Origin: Leucoraja ocellata
Taxonomy: Eukaryota
DNA: 64,000 bases
Assembly: GCA_036785375.1 (NCBI GenBank)
Contig: JAWMAR010000667.1
Coordinates: forward strand, 558,001-622,000
Direction of reading: 5' to 3'
In this document: piece after piece, positions 13,775 through 24,864 of the stretch
Layout of the letters: each line of letters starts with the position of its first letter
Position numbering within the stretch: position 1 is the first letter of the stretch
Made by a program: the position numbers and the translations under genes
The notes under the pieces: model-generated
Seen by the model: only the letters and a program-made list of their open reading frames with translations
Databases searched by the model: none
Told to the model about the DNA's origin: nothing

Positions 13775-14124
13775 ACAGTTTATAAACAATTATCCAAATT
13801 TTATGTACAATACAAATATCACACTGTGTCGATAAACTAAAACGTAACCATCATCACGGTCCTTCCTCATTCTTATACCTCTGGAAAATAATTTTTTTGC
13901 TCTTCTGAAACTGAATAATATTTGTGCTTTGCTTGAGTTCCACATGATTCCACAATCTCAGTGAATTGGTCATTCGCAACTTGAGTTGTCATTGGATTTA
14001 CAAAACAAAGAGTGCAATGTTGATTAATGTTGGTTATAGTTACTCGGAGAAAATGATCAAATCTCCTGATGGATTGTAAACCTCGCTAAAGACATATTTA
14101 ATATACCTGGAGTTATTTATTGCA

Positions 14125-14330
14125 CGGACACAAAAAGCCAGAGTAACGCAGTGGGTCAGACAGCATCTCTGGGGAAACGGAACGTTTCGGCGACGTTTCA
14201 TGTCGAGACCCTCTTCAGACTGAGAGTCGGGGGGGGGGGGGGGGGAAGGGGAATGAAAGATATAGACAATGATAGAGAGAGATATAGAACAAATGAATGA
14301 AACGTATGAAGAAAAGTAACGAAGATATTT
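14125..14330 (-). mobile_element. Penelope-derived arm plus UTR
   Basis: Minus strand CTGAAGAGGGTCTCGACATGAAACGTC. Confidence 0.65.
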
Positions 14331-14856
14331 AGTGCATTCTGTGCTTCAATTAATTTTAAATTAGAATAGGATGTAGATTAAGAACAAAAAATATGATGGA
14401 ACACGTTGAAACTCAAAAGCTGATTGAGTTACGCAATAGCTTGATAAGTTGTAATTCATTTTCAATCCCTTTCTTTACTGGTTTGTATTTGTGGCATGAA
14501 GAGTTATTTTTCCCATCATATAGTTGATTTGAAGCTTTTAGATGGGTTCATTTACCATCTGAACACCCTGTGGAGCCTTGTTCATGATGTTTCCTGTGGA
14601 CATCGCCTGTTTCTAGGGCTGCTGGTAAGACAATGGCAGATGAAAGCGATGGGGGAGCAATCTTCTGCTAGTCTTTGCTCTTTTTTTCCCATTGAATGGA
14701 GCCTGCATGAGAGTCACACTGGGATACAGTTTCGAAGACGCAAATTGTCCTCTTATACCTTGCGTAAATGGTCAGCCTGACATTTTCTCAGTTTGTCAAT
14801 GCAGACTGCATAAAATCAAGTTTATTCATGGTTTTCCCAAACACTGAACTCTTCTA

Positions 14857-15074
14857 AGGTTACACAAAAAAGCTGGAGAAACTCAGCGGGTGCAGCAGCA
14901 TCTATGGAGCGAAGGAAATAGGCAACGTTTCGGGCCGAAACCCTTCTTCAGTTCCCTCTTAAACTCGATTCTCCAGCATCTGCAGTTCCCTCTTAAACGA
15001 TGCTGCTGCACCCGCTGAGTTTCTCCAGCTTTTTTGTGTAACCTTCGATTCTCCAGCATCTGCAGTTCCCTCTT
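14857..15074. mobile_element. Young Penelope-derived inverted-repeat element (subfamily B) with 18-bp target duplication
   Basis: AAACACTGAACTCTTCTA at 14839-14856 and 15075-15092; minus-strand CTGAAGAAGGGTTTCGGCCCGAAACGTT. Confidence 0.8.
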
Positions 15075-15204
15075 AAACACTGAACTCTTCTAGTTTCTCT
15101 AGGCATGTAACTCCAGGATTCAAGGTTTTGGTGCACTGCGTATTGCATTCACGTCAAAGTTCAATACATGTAAACTTAATTGAGTTTTTAGGCTCCCTTT
15201 AATC

Positions 15205-15700
15205 TGCTGCCTCACAGCGCCAGAGACCAGGGTTCAATCCTGACCTCGGGTGCTGTCGATGAGAGTTTGCATGTTCTCCCTGTCGCTGCATGCGTTACCT
15301 CCCACATCACAAAGACCTGTGGGTGCTTGGGTTAATTGGGCTCTGTAAATTGCCTCTAGTGTGTAGGAAGTGGGTGCAAAAGTGGGGTGTGATAGAACAG
15401 GGGTTCCCAAACTTTTTTTTGTCCTGTTTACACCTGACAACTTTAATAGCGCATAACAATATTATTTCACTTATTTATGAACAATTAATGATGAACGTAT
15501 ACCAGAACCAAACATAGTCAGCCAGTGAGGAAAAAATATGTACTAATCCACAATCAACAAATTTAACCCCTGGGTAGGTGGAAAAATATCCCCTGGGAGT
15601 AAATGTACCCCAGTTTGGGAACCCTGGCCATAGAACTAGTGTGAATGGATGATTGGTGATCGACATGGGCTCAGTGGGCCGAAGGGCCTGTTTCTATGCC
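15205..15700 (+). mobile_element. HE1-type SINE interrupted by a hAT MITE
   Basis: SINE sequence resumes after 15627. Confidence 0.75.
15398..15627. mobile_element. hAT (Charlie-like) MITE; inverted, truncated copy at about 8449-8670
   Basis: TIR CAGGGGTTCCCAAACT / AGTTTGGGAACCCTGG; 8-bp flanks TGATAGAA / CCATAGAA. Confidence 0.75.
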
Positions 15701-16472
15701 CTTTGGCACAACTCGTACATGCCGACTAAAATGCCCCATCGATGCTGGTCCTATTTGCCCATGTTTGAACCATATGTCCCTCAACCTTTCCTATCCATGC
15801 TCCAGTCCAAGTGTCTTTTATATGTTCTTATAATACCTATTCTATATACAAAGGATACAACAAAGGATACAGAGCACATTTATTATCACATACACCAAAT
15901 GGTGTAGTGAAATTTGACTTGCCAATGCAGTACAAGGATAAAGATAAGACACAACATTAAAGAATTTAACATAAAAACATATATACGTTATTATAGAGAC
16001 TGATGAACATTTGGTTACTAGGTGAACTGAGGTGAATGGGGACCAAGTGAATTTGACATAATCAGTAAGTGTTTATAAATAATTTCTACGCTTGCATGAG
16101 AATCGCATACAGCACTGTCAAGTTTGGAAGGATCCCAACCCAAAACGCCACCTATCCATTTGCTCCAGAGGTGCCGCCTGACCCGGTGAGTTACTCCAAC
16201 ATTTTGTGACCGTCACATCTCTTTTGGAAACGAGCTCTGGAAATGGCAAACTGTAATGGTATTTTCAATCGTGACTCATCATCAGAATCCGTGCATTGTG
16301 TGCGTGGAATCTTTTATTCCAGTTTCTTTCTTGGTCAGAGTTGCCAATGTGAAAGGCCAGCTTTATTAATGTTTTTTAGCAGTCTTAATAAGATTCTAAT
16401 TCAAATACCACTATTAATAGATTCAATTTTTTTAATCTTATTACAATCGGAGATGAAAAGCCCTTTAGTTAC

Positions 16473-16598
16473 AAGGGTCTCGACCCGAAACGTCACCCAT
16501 TCCTTCTCTCCAGAGATGCTGCCTGTCCCGCTGAGTTACTCCAGCATTTTGTGTCTATCGTTGGGTTTAAAGCAGCATCTTGCAGTTCCTTGCTACAC
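16473..16598 (+). mobile_element. Penelope-derived arm, 5'-truncated within the hammerhead (another degenerate arm at 16125-16210)
   Basis: AAGGGTCTCGACCCGAAACGTCACCCATTCC...GCAGTTCCTTGCTACAC. Confidence 0.75.
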
Positions 16599-17688
16599 CT
16601 TGCGCTACTTGAATTGTTATTTTCAAGCTAGCCATAAAAAATTTATAAATAATAAATCTCCATGGTGGAGTTCACCATCTTCACGTTGTGCTAGCTAGCG
16701 TTTGCAAGGTCCCAATTCAGTTCAGTTTATTGTCACGTGTACCGAGGTACAGTGAAAAGCTTTTGTTGTGCTAACCAGTCAGCGGAAAGACAATGCATGG
16801 TTACAATCGAGCCATTCACAGTGTCCAAATACATGATAAGAGAATAACGTTTAAGTGCAAGATAAAGCCAGTAAAGTCGGATCAAAGATATTCTGAGGGT
16901 GCCTGATGAGGGAGATAGTAGTTCAGGACTGTTCTCTGGTTGCGGTTGGATGGTTCAGTTGCCTGATAACACAGCTGGGAAGAAACTGTCCCTGAATCTG
17001 GAGGTGTGCGTTTTCACACTTCTAAACACATTTTTCTCTCTACAAAAAGTTTAGATTTCTGGAGCAAATATTAGCCAAGCAACTTTCTATTCACTTTGCT
17101 ATTAATTTTTGGGCCAAGAACTTGATGATCCTCAACGAAATGCTAGAAGGCAGAGTAACAGAGGTGTCCAAACAGTAATTGGCTTCCATTGTATGCTTGG
17201 CCCTGTCTCCTTGCAGTGAAAAGCCATTGCATAACATACTTGTGTTATTAATAAAAGAAGTATGAAATGAAGGTGTCTCTGTACGTAATCATAGCAGGAA
17301 GAAGAATGGTAGAAGGTGTATACTTAGATGTTGTAAATGCAATCTTTCTCTTTTAATTGGATTTTCTTTGGTGATGATTAACATCCTGACTGTTTCTATA
17401 GTGCTAAGATTAGGATACATAAGAATACTTGAAGATGGGCACAAAATGCTGGAGTTCATTCGCTCGTGTGTCAGACGATATATAGCTCGCTGTCGGCTTC
17501 TGTCGTGGTCCAACACGTTGGCAGAGTTGGTTGCACGATGCGTCGCAGAGTGCATCATGTCATCGTTTCCAGGGATTGCCACACAAGGAAGCTTCTGTCA
17601 TGATCCCCATGCTGGAGTAACTCAGCGGGACATGGCAGCATCTTTGGAGAGACGGAATGGGTGACATTTCTGATCGACAACCCTTCTT

Positions 17689-17742
17689 GGGGTGGGAGAT
17701 TGCAACCTTCACGTGGTCCGCCCTGTTTCGACGAATGCAATC
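17689..17742 (+). ncRNA. Minimal HDV-like (CPEB3-type) self-cleaving ribozyme, predicted
   Basis: P1 GGGGTGG(17689-95)/CCGCCCT(17718-24) with G1-U wobble; P2 GATTGCA(17698-704)/TGCAATC(17736-42); P3 ACC/GGT; L3 TTCACGT; GT after P1; J4/2 CGAA with candidate catalytic C at 17732; P4 reduced to TTCGA. Confidence 0.85.
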
Positions 17743-17831
17743 AACACCCGGTGTGCACAATCAAATAAGTTCAAATAGAACAAGTTGTCCTACAACCTTT
17801 AGGCTGTGCACGTCATACGCAAGAAGAAGAG
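17689..17831 (+). mobile_element. 143-nt non-autonomous SINE-like retroelement with 5' HDV-like ribozyme and (AAG)n tail
   Basis: Perfect 9-bp direct repeat ACCCTTCTT at 17680-17688 and 17832-17840; 3' end CATACGCAAGAAGAAGA resembles RTE-type tails; interrupts a Penelope-derived arm. Confidence 0.8.
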
Positions 17832-17949
17832 ACCCTTCTTCATAGGGTGAGAAGGAGTCTAGAGATATGGAAGGGTAAGGTGGGGTTTTTTTCGTATGAC
17901 TGTTGGCAAATCAAATACCTTGTATGTTTACATACTTGGACAATAAATT

Positions 17950-18440
17950 AGTTACAATTACAATTATTCCTTGTGCCTATCTAAAACCCTCTTAAACACC
18001 ACTGGTGTATCTGCCTCCACCACCACCCCTGGCAATGTGTTCCAGGCCTTACAACTCTGTGTTAATAAAATAAAATCTTGCTCGGCACATCCTTCCTTGA
18101 ACTTTAAACCCCCCCCCCCCCCCTACCTCCCCACCTCTATAGCTATACCCTCTAGTGTTGGATATTTGCCACTCCAGGATAAAGGTTCTGACTGTCTACC
18201 CTATCTATGCCTCTCATCATTTTGCATACATCTATCGAGCCTTCCCTCAACCTCTGACTTTCCAGAGGAAACAATCCAAGTCTATCCATTGTCTTCCTGT
18301 AGCTGAAATTCTCTAATCGAGGCAGCATTCTGGTAAACCCCACTCTGCACCCTCTCCAAAGCCTTCACATCTTTCCTGTAATGGGGTGGCCAGACCTGCA
18401 CGCAATAGTCCCAAATGCAGCCTAAACCAAAGACTTACAG
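17950..18440 (-). mobile_element. Degenerate CR1 LINE fragment (another 3' end at 18858-19060, +)
   Basis: FTRMLPRLENFSY...RLGLFPLE. Confidence 0.7.
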
Positions 18441-18546
18441 GTATAGAGGTGCACCATGGGCGCTTGTCATGCATTCTGTCAATGCTTAATGAATTATCAT
18501 TGCTATTTTTACTTGCCAGAGTTAGTTAGAAATGTAAATATTATTT

Positions 18547-18848
18547 GGCACGGGGAGCAGCAGTAGTTGCTGCCTTACAGCGCCAGAGACCAGGGTTTGA
18601 TCCTGCCTGCGGGTGCTGTCCTGTAAGGAGTTTACGTGTTCTCCCCGTGACCTGCGTGGGTTTTCTCTGAGATCTTCGGTTTCCTCCCACACTCCAAAGA
18701 CTTGCAGGTTTGTAGGTTAATTGGCTTGGTCAATGTAAAAATTGTCCCTAGTGTAGAACAGTGTTAAATGTCCGGGGATTGCTGGTCGGTGCGGACTTAG
18801 TGGGCCGAAGGGCCTGAATTCTTCACTTTATCTCTAAACGGAACTAAA
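18547..18848 (+). mobile_element. HE1-type SINE
   Basis: Family match. Confidence 0.8.
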
Positions 18849-19799
18849 TTAATGTGGAATTACTGTGGAATTCTCTGCCACAGAAGGCAGGTGAGGCCAG
18901 TTCATTGGCTATATTTAAGAGTGAGTTGGATGTGGCCCTTGTGGCTAAAGGGATCAGGGGGTATGGAGAGAAGGCAGGTATGGGATACTGAGTTGGATGA
19001 TCAGCCATGATCATATTGAATTGCCTACTCCTGCACCTATTTTCTACGTTTCTATGTTTCTAATTGATTTCTAAGTTTAAAAAGTAAATTATTTTGTAAA
19101 ACTCTATTCTAAATAATTAACTTGCCTGTCATCGCTAAAATCCTTAATGTGACTTTGCGAATATCTAACACAATCTTGAGGAACCATTCTGCTTGAGCTC
19201 TCTCCAAACCATTGTGTCTACAATTTAATACAAGTTCGATCAGATTTATAATAAGAGGATAAAATATTATCACCGCCAACGGTGCCAGCAAATTTGTGAA
19301 ATGAAACATCAAAATCCCATTTGGAATAGAATTACAAACTTAGTAATGTAATTTTAAGAATGAATCCAGCATCTAATGGTTTACATGGCATTGACAAGGT
19401 CATGTAGAAATCAGTACATTTAATTTTGGATGAAAGTCTGGATTGCAAGAATCGGGAGGAGATAGATCATTCTTGGATCAAAAGTGTTGAAAGTAATGGG
19501 CCTGTCCCACTTGGATGATTTTTTAGGCGACTACAGGCGACTAAGCTGCCACAGCCAGACATTAAAAACTGCTTTTTTCCACGAGTAGTAGCTCTATTCA
19601 ATGTCCAAAAATCTGCAGCATCCTTTTGCTCTGGTATTTTAATTCACATGTTTAATCAATAATGTTTTATTATTAATGTTTTATGTGTTATTTCTAACTG
19701 TCACTGTGGGTGGAGCACCAAGGCAAATTCCTTGTATGTGAATATAATTGGCCAATAAACATTCATTCATTCAGTACACGTGACATTAAACTAAACTAA

Positions 19800-19998
19800 A
19801 GTTTCCCAGCTTTCACCCCCCTTCTTCCCCCTCCCTCCCCACACCCCCCACCCCGCTGACTACAATTTTTCTGAAGAAGGGCCCTGACCCGAAACGTTAC
19901 CTATCCCTATCCTCCTTAGATGCTGCCTCATCCGTTGAGTTAGTCCAGCACTCTGAGTTCCGTGCAAGATTCCAGCATCTGCAGTTCTTGTTGTCTCT
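19800..19998 (+). mobile_element. Penelope-derived UTR plus arm
   Basis: CTGAAGA 19871-77, GAAACGTT 19891-98. Confidence 0.65.
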
Positions 19999-20171
19999 AA
20001 AAAAACCATGATCTTAACCATCAAACTCAGTAACATTTCAACGTCAGATTTTAATAAAAAATATGCTGATCACGTTTTTCTTTGTTCTGCTGATCTGAAC
20101 ATTTTGTGAACAAGCTGAAAAGCAAATTTGCATTTACGGAATCTTTGTCTTTTCGTCACTGTGGAAGGTCA

Positions 20172-20702
20172 TGTTTACTTTAGACTTTAGAGATACAACC
20201 TGGAAATAGGCTGTTCGGCCCACCGAGACCGTGCTGACCAGCGATCACCCCGTACACTAGCACTATCCTACACACTAGGGACAATTTACAATTTTACCAA
20301 AAGCCAATTGACCTGCAAATCTGTGCGTCTTTAGAGTGCTGGAGGAAACCGGAGCACCTGGAGAAAATCCACGCAGTCACATGGAGAACGTGCATACTCC
20401 GTACAGACAGTACCTGCAGTCGGGTTCGAACCTGGGTCTCTGGCTCTCTGATGCCCCTATCCCACTTAGAAAACCTGAACGGAAACCTCTGGAGACTTTG
20501 CGCCCCACCCCAAGGTTTCCGTGCGGTTCCTGGAGGTTGCAGGTGGTTGCCGGATGTTGCAGGTAGGGAGACTGACTAAAACCTCCGGGAACCGCACGGA
20601 AACCTTGGGTGGGGCGCAAAGTCTCCAGAGGTTTCCGTTCAGGTTTCCTCAGTGGGACAGGGGCATAAGGTAGCAACTCTACAGCTGCGCCATCGTGCCG
20701 CT
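20172..20702 (-). mobile_element. HE1-type SINE interrupted by a palindromic MITE
   Basis: SINE halves join across 20452-20665. Confidence 0.8.
20452..20665. mobile_element. PIF/Harbinger-like MITE with about 85-bp TIRs
   Basis: TGCCCCTATCCCACT...GGAGG / CCTCC...AGTGGGACAGGGGCA; 3-bp flanks TGA/TAA. Related termini at 19498-19550 and 21360-21523. Confidence 0.75.
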
Positions 20703-22574
20703 CCACAACTAATTTAAATGTACGACAAATTTCTTTGCCACATGAGATGTATGGAAAAATCTTGGTCTATTTTAATCAGAAAAGCCCAGCAACATTGAGT
20801 ACATTATTTATAATCTTTGCCTCTGGCGATCTTTAGAGTATTTGCTTCTACTGGGAAATTCATTTTGAGTATTGATTACTGTGCAAAGTGTTTGCTAACA
20901 TCAATCTTAAAGTTGCCCTTTGCTCGCTAGAATCCTTGTCCCCGCTCGTGATTCAGTGTGAAGGGTTAGTGCAGATTTATTTTCATCCAATCCATTTAAC
21001 TCCTCTATAAATAATCACTAGAGTTTTTCCTTTCAAGATTAAAAAGGCCACAACATAAGGTTTTTTGTTTTTTTCTAACTTGGGAGCTAGTTTGCTTCTA
21101 ATTGTCTCAACAAGTCGCAAGTTGAGTTTCTATATCAATTCTGTGCCTCACAGTACCAGAGACCATGGTACCAGGACCACACTTCAGGTGCTGTCTGTGT
21201 GGAGTTTGCATGTTCTCCCTGTGACTGCATGCCGGGGCGGAAATCTTGGGGGGGGGGGGGGGGGGGGGGGGGGACAGGGGGACATGTTCCCTTCCGCCTG
21301 CTTTGATAAGTGGGGGACAATCCCCCCCTGTTTTGGAATCCGGATTTTCTAAGGGCTGAATCGGGCATGTCGCAGGGTGATGCCTGTATGGTCGTGAGTA
21401 GTCGCCCAAAGAGTCGTACCTTTTTCTGGTCGCCACTGGATTTTCAACATAATGAACATTTTCGTAACCTGCTGCGACTATGACAAATAGCTGAAAAAAT
21501 TGCATAAGTGAGACGGGTCCTTAACTGTTTCTTTGTTGCAGAGAGCATAAGGAATATTTGTGACTTTAGAGAAGACCAATGTTGTCAAATTCTTTTGAAG
21601 CCATCCAGTTAATAGATGATTGGAGAGAGTTTGAAATTTAGAATTTTATTGTAAAACCCCAGGAGATTATGCGAGAACTTTGAGAGGCAGAATATAGTTG
21701 CTGGAAGAGTGTGGATGGTCTTGGATCAGCCCTAACATAAACTGGGAAAGCTGGTTATCTGATATTGGCCCAAGGCCTCCTCATTGTCTGGAAGAAATGA
21801 GGTTGGCAGTCAAGGGAGTCGAGAGTGTTTAACTGTCATATGCCACAAGAAAGGAAGAAGTGTTTTTAACTTGCTGTAGTTTTTATGACCACATTAGTAC
21901 AACAACACAACAAAAAAGTACGACATAACACAATAAATTCTCAGTTATATTAGATAGCCACACCATTTCAGTCCAATTTGAAGTATACTGTGCAACGTTG
22001 CTACAAAGTTCATTGTAGTTCAGGGTTGTGCTGTTCAAGAGTGGGAGAGTCTAGGACCAGAGGGCACAGTCAGTCTGTTTCAACTGCCTACCTGGGTTCC
22101 GATTTACAATAAAGAACAAGTTTTGAGGTAAGGTCAAAATATTAAAATAAATCACAAATGACCTTGGGTGTAAACTGGCTGATTATTTTAATTAGGAAGC
22201 CCGGCAAATTGCACATTCACTTTGTACTCTGCGATGAAAGACTGGACGTTGGCTTCTAAGGTTTCTTCTACTTTCATGAATTCCTTTGACTTTCTTTAAA
22301 ATGCCCCAGAGTTAAATTTTATCCAAAAAAAAGTTTCAGAACATAAAATATTTAGTGGATTAATCAGTTCCTTAAAAAGTTATAGATTTTTTCTTCAGCA
22401 AAGATCCTTCAGAATTAAGTCCAACGAGTTTCAGCCAAATTGATATTAATTTTTGCTTCATGTAAAAGCCTTTTTAAACTACAGCTGTGCAAGAGACACC
22501 AGTAAGCAGCACTCTATACAATGGCAATTTTCTATTGTGTGTGCGTGTGTGTGCGCGCGCCACATTGTTGATAG

Positions 22575-22862
22575 GGTGGTGCAGTGGTAGAGTTTCTGCC
22601 TTATAGCACCAGAGACCTGAGTTTGATCCTGACCACAGGTGCAGTCTGTATGGAGTTTGTACGTTCTCACCGTGACCCCATGGGTTTTCACCGGGTGCCC
22701 AATTTTCCTCCCACATTTCAAAGACATACAGGTTTGTAGGTTAATTGACTTCTGTAAATTGTCCCTAGTGTGTAGGATGGGAACTAGTGTGCGAGTGATT
22801 CCTGGTCAGTGTGGACTCGGTGGGAGGCAGGGCCTGTTGCCACGCTCTCTCTAAACTGAACT
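22575..22862 (+). mobile_element. HE1-type SINE
   Basis: Family match. Confidence 0.8.
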
Positions 22863-23240
22863 ACACAATTCAAATTTTCCGTGCATTTATTCACAGTGAG
22901 ATTTGGCCTGTGCATGTAAACTAACCACATGGATGCTGGAAAGGCATACAAGGTGAATGACGGCACGTTTGATTTCATTTGATGCTGCTGTGCCACTTGA
23001 AATTCATTACAAAGCATTGTTGCACTATGACCATCAGGTAGCATTGACCTGAATAAAGTGGTTGACTTTAGCTTCCTGATTGATTTTCATTAAGTCCCAA
23101 GCTAAGAACTTATACCGGAAATGGAGGGCTATGGATCACATGCAGGCAGTGGAGGTTATCTTATATTAGTGTCAATGTTCAGCCCACACATTGTTGGCTG
23201 AAAGGCCTGTTGCCGTGTCGTATTGTTCCATCTTCTAATA

Positions 23241-23710
23241 CAGAGGTGTCAAACTCATTTTAGGTCATGGGCCAGATTGGGCAAAATGCTACCTCATGCG
23301 GGCTGGATCAGTTGTGCACGCACGGACGTCAGTCTGTCAGCCAGCCCGAGGCCAAGGGGAGCTCAGCGCCGCCATCTTGTCTGTTTGATGGCTGTTGCCC
23401 GGGGCACCCGTCCCCATGGCAACCGCGGGCCAATCACGGAGCGGAGGACGGGAGCGCCCTGCCACCATCTTGCCTCTTTGATGGCTGTTGCCCGGGGCAT
23501 CCGTCCCCATGGCAACCGTGGCCCAATTACGGAGCTGTGGATGGGAGCACCCCCTGCTGGAGCAGCAAGTGGCACAGACAGCGGCGAGAGAGAGAGAGTG
23601 AGCGGCTAACGTACAGATGCATAATAAATGGGAGTGAATATATATTTTTTTTTCCCTAAATCATCCCGCAAGCCGGATTGGACCCCTTCGCAAGCTGGAG
23701 GACACCCCTG
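23241..23710. mobile_element. Non-autonomous hAT (Charlie-like) element with internal 93-bp tandem duplication
   Basis: TIR CAGAGGTGTC / GACACCCCTG; perfect 8-bp TSD TTCTAATA (23233-40, 23711-18). Confidence 0.85.
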
Positions 23711-23734
23711 TTCTAATAGATGCCCCTGATGTGA

Positions 23735-24015
23735 CCTCACAGCACCAGAGATCTCCCCAGATTCCATCCTGATCTCGGGTGCTGTCTCTGTGGAGTTTGT
23801 ACGTTCTCCCTGTGTCCGTGTGGCTTTTCTCCGGGTGCTCTGATTTCCTCCCAAACGCCAAAGACGTGTGGGTTTGTCGGTTAATTGGCTTCTGTAAGTT
23901 GCCCCCAGAGTGGATGGCAAACTGAGATAACAGAACCAGTGTGAACTGGTGATCGCTGGTTGGCGTGGACTTGATGGGCCGAAGGGCCTCTTTCCGTGTT
24001 GTATCTCCAAGCTAA
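23735..24015 (+). mobile_element. HE1-type SINE
   Basis: Family match. Confidence 0.75.
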
Positions 24016-24062
24016 TCTAGTGTGGCAACTCTCGACCAGCGCCTGCAAAATATAAAATATAT

Positions 24063-24157
24063 CTGAAGAAGGGTCTCGACCCGCAACGTCACCCATTCCT
24101 TCTCTCCAGAGATGCTGCCTGTCCCGCTGAGTTACTCCAGCTTGTCGTGTCTATCTT
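24063..24157 (+). mobile_element. Penelope-derived arm
   Basis: CTGAAGAAGGGTCTCGACCCGCAACGTC (GAAA core mutated). Confidence 0.7.
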
Positions 24158-24289
24158 GTCGTGGGTATAATTCTGGTCTTTATTAAGAGCACCTGAAGAC
24201 TATTTGGAATAAAATAGTAGAAAGTGTGTTACAAAGTCGGTATGTTATGCGAAAGATCAGTTATAGTTCAGCAGCATATTTAATTGATT

Positions 24290-24557
24290 GAAAGATACAG
24301 AATGGAGACGGGCCCTTCTGCCCACCGAGCTCATGGCATCCCTGTTCCATGTTATCTTTTTAATCTCATCCACTCCGTACACACCAGCGGCAATTTTTAC
24401 AGATGTGCAAACCGCACATCTTTGTGATGTGGGAGGAAACCCACATGGTCACAGTGAGAAGTTGCAAACTCCACCCACTAACAGCACCCGAGGTCAGGAT
24501 CGAACCTGGGTCTCTGGTGCTGTGAGGCAGCAGCTCTACCCGCTGCACCACAGTGCC
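24290..24557 (-). mobile_element. HE1-type SINE (older)
   Basis: Family match, diverged. Confidence 0.7.
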
Positions 24558-24864
24558 TTCCTATAGAGAGAAAATGCAAGTGAAATAATGTACATCGATG
24601 CCATCATGTGGACAATACTAAAAATTACATAGAAAATGGGATTTCTTGTTTCAATCAGAGTTTGGGCTTTTCCTGCTTACATACAACACAATTTCAATAC
24701 AATACAGTCGCCATATCCACTTTTGATAGGCTGTGTCCAAGTGAAACCAAATTAACTTGCTCATTTAGGATGTATAACAGCATTATAGAATAGCAGATTA
24801 AATCCCATGGATCTGATTTCAGATAACGAATTCACAAATAGGATTCAAGAGCTCACAAACCAAC

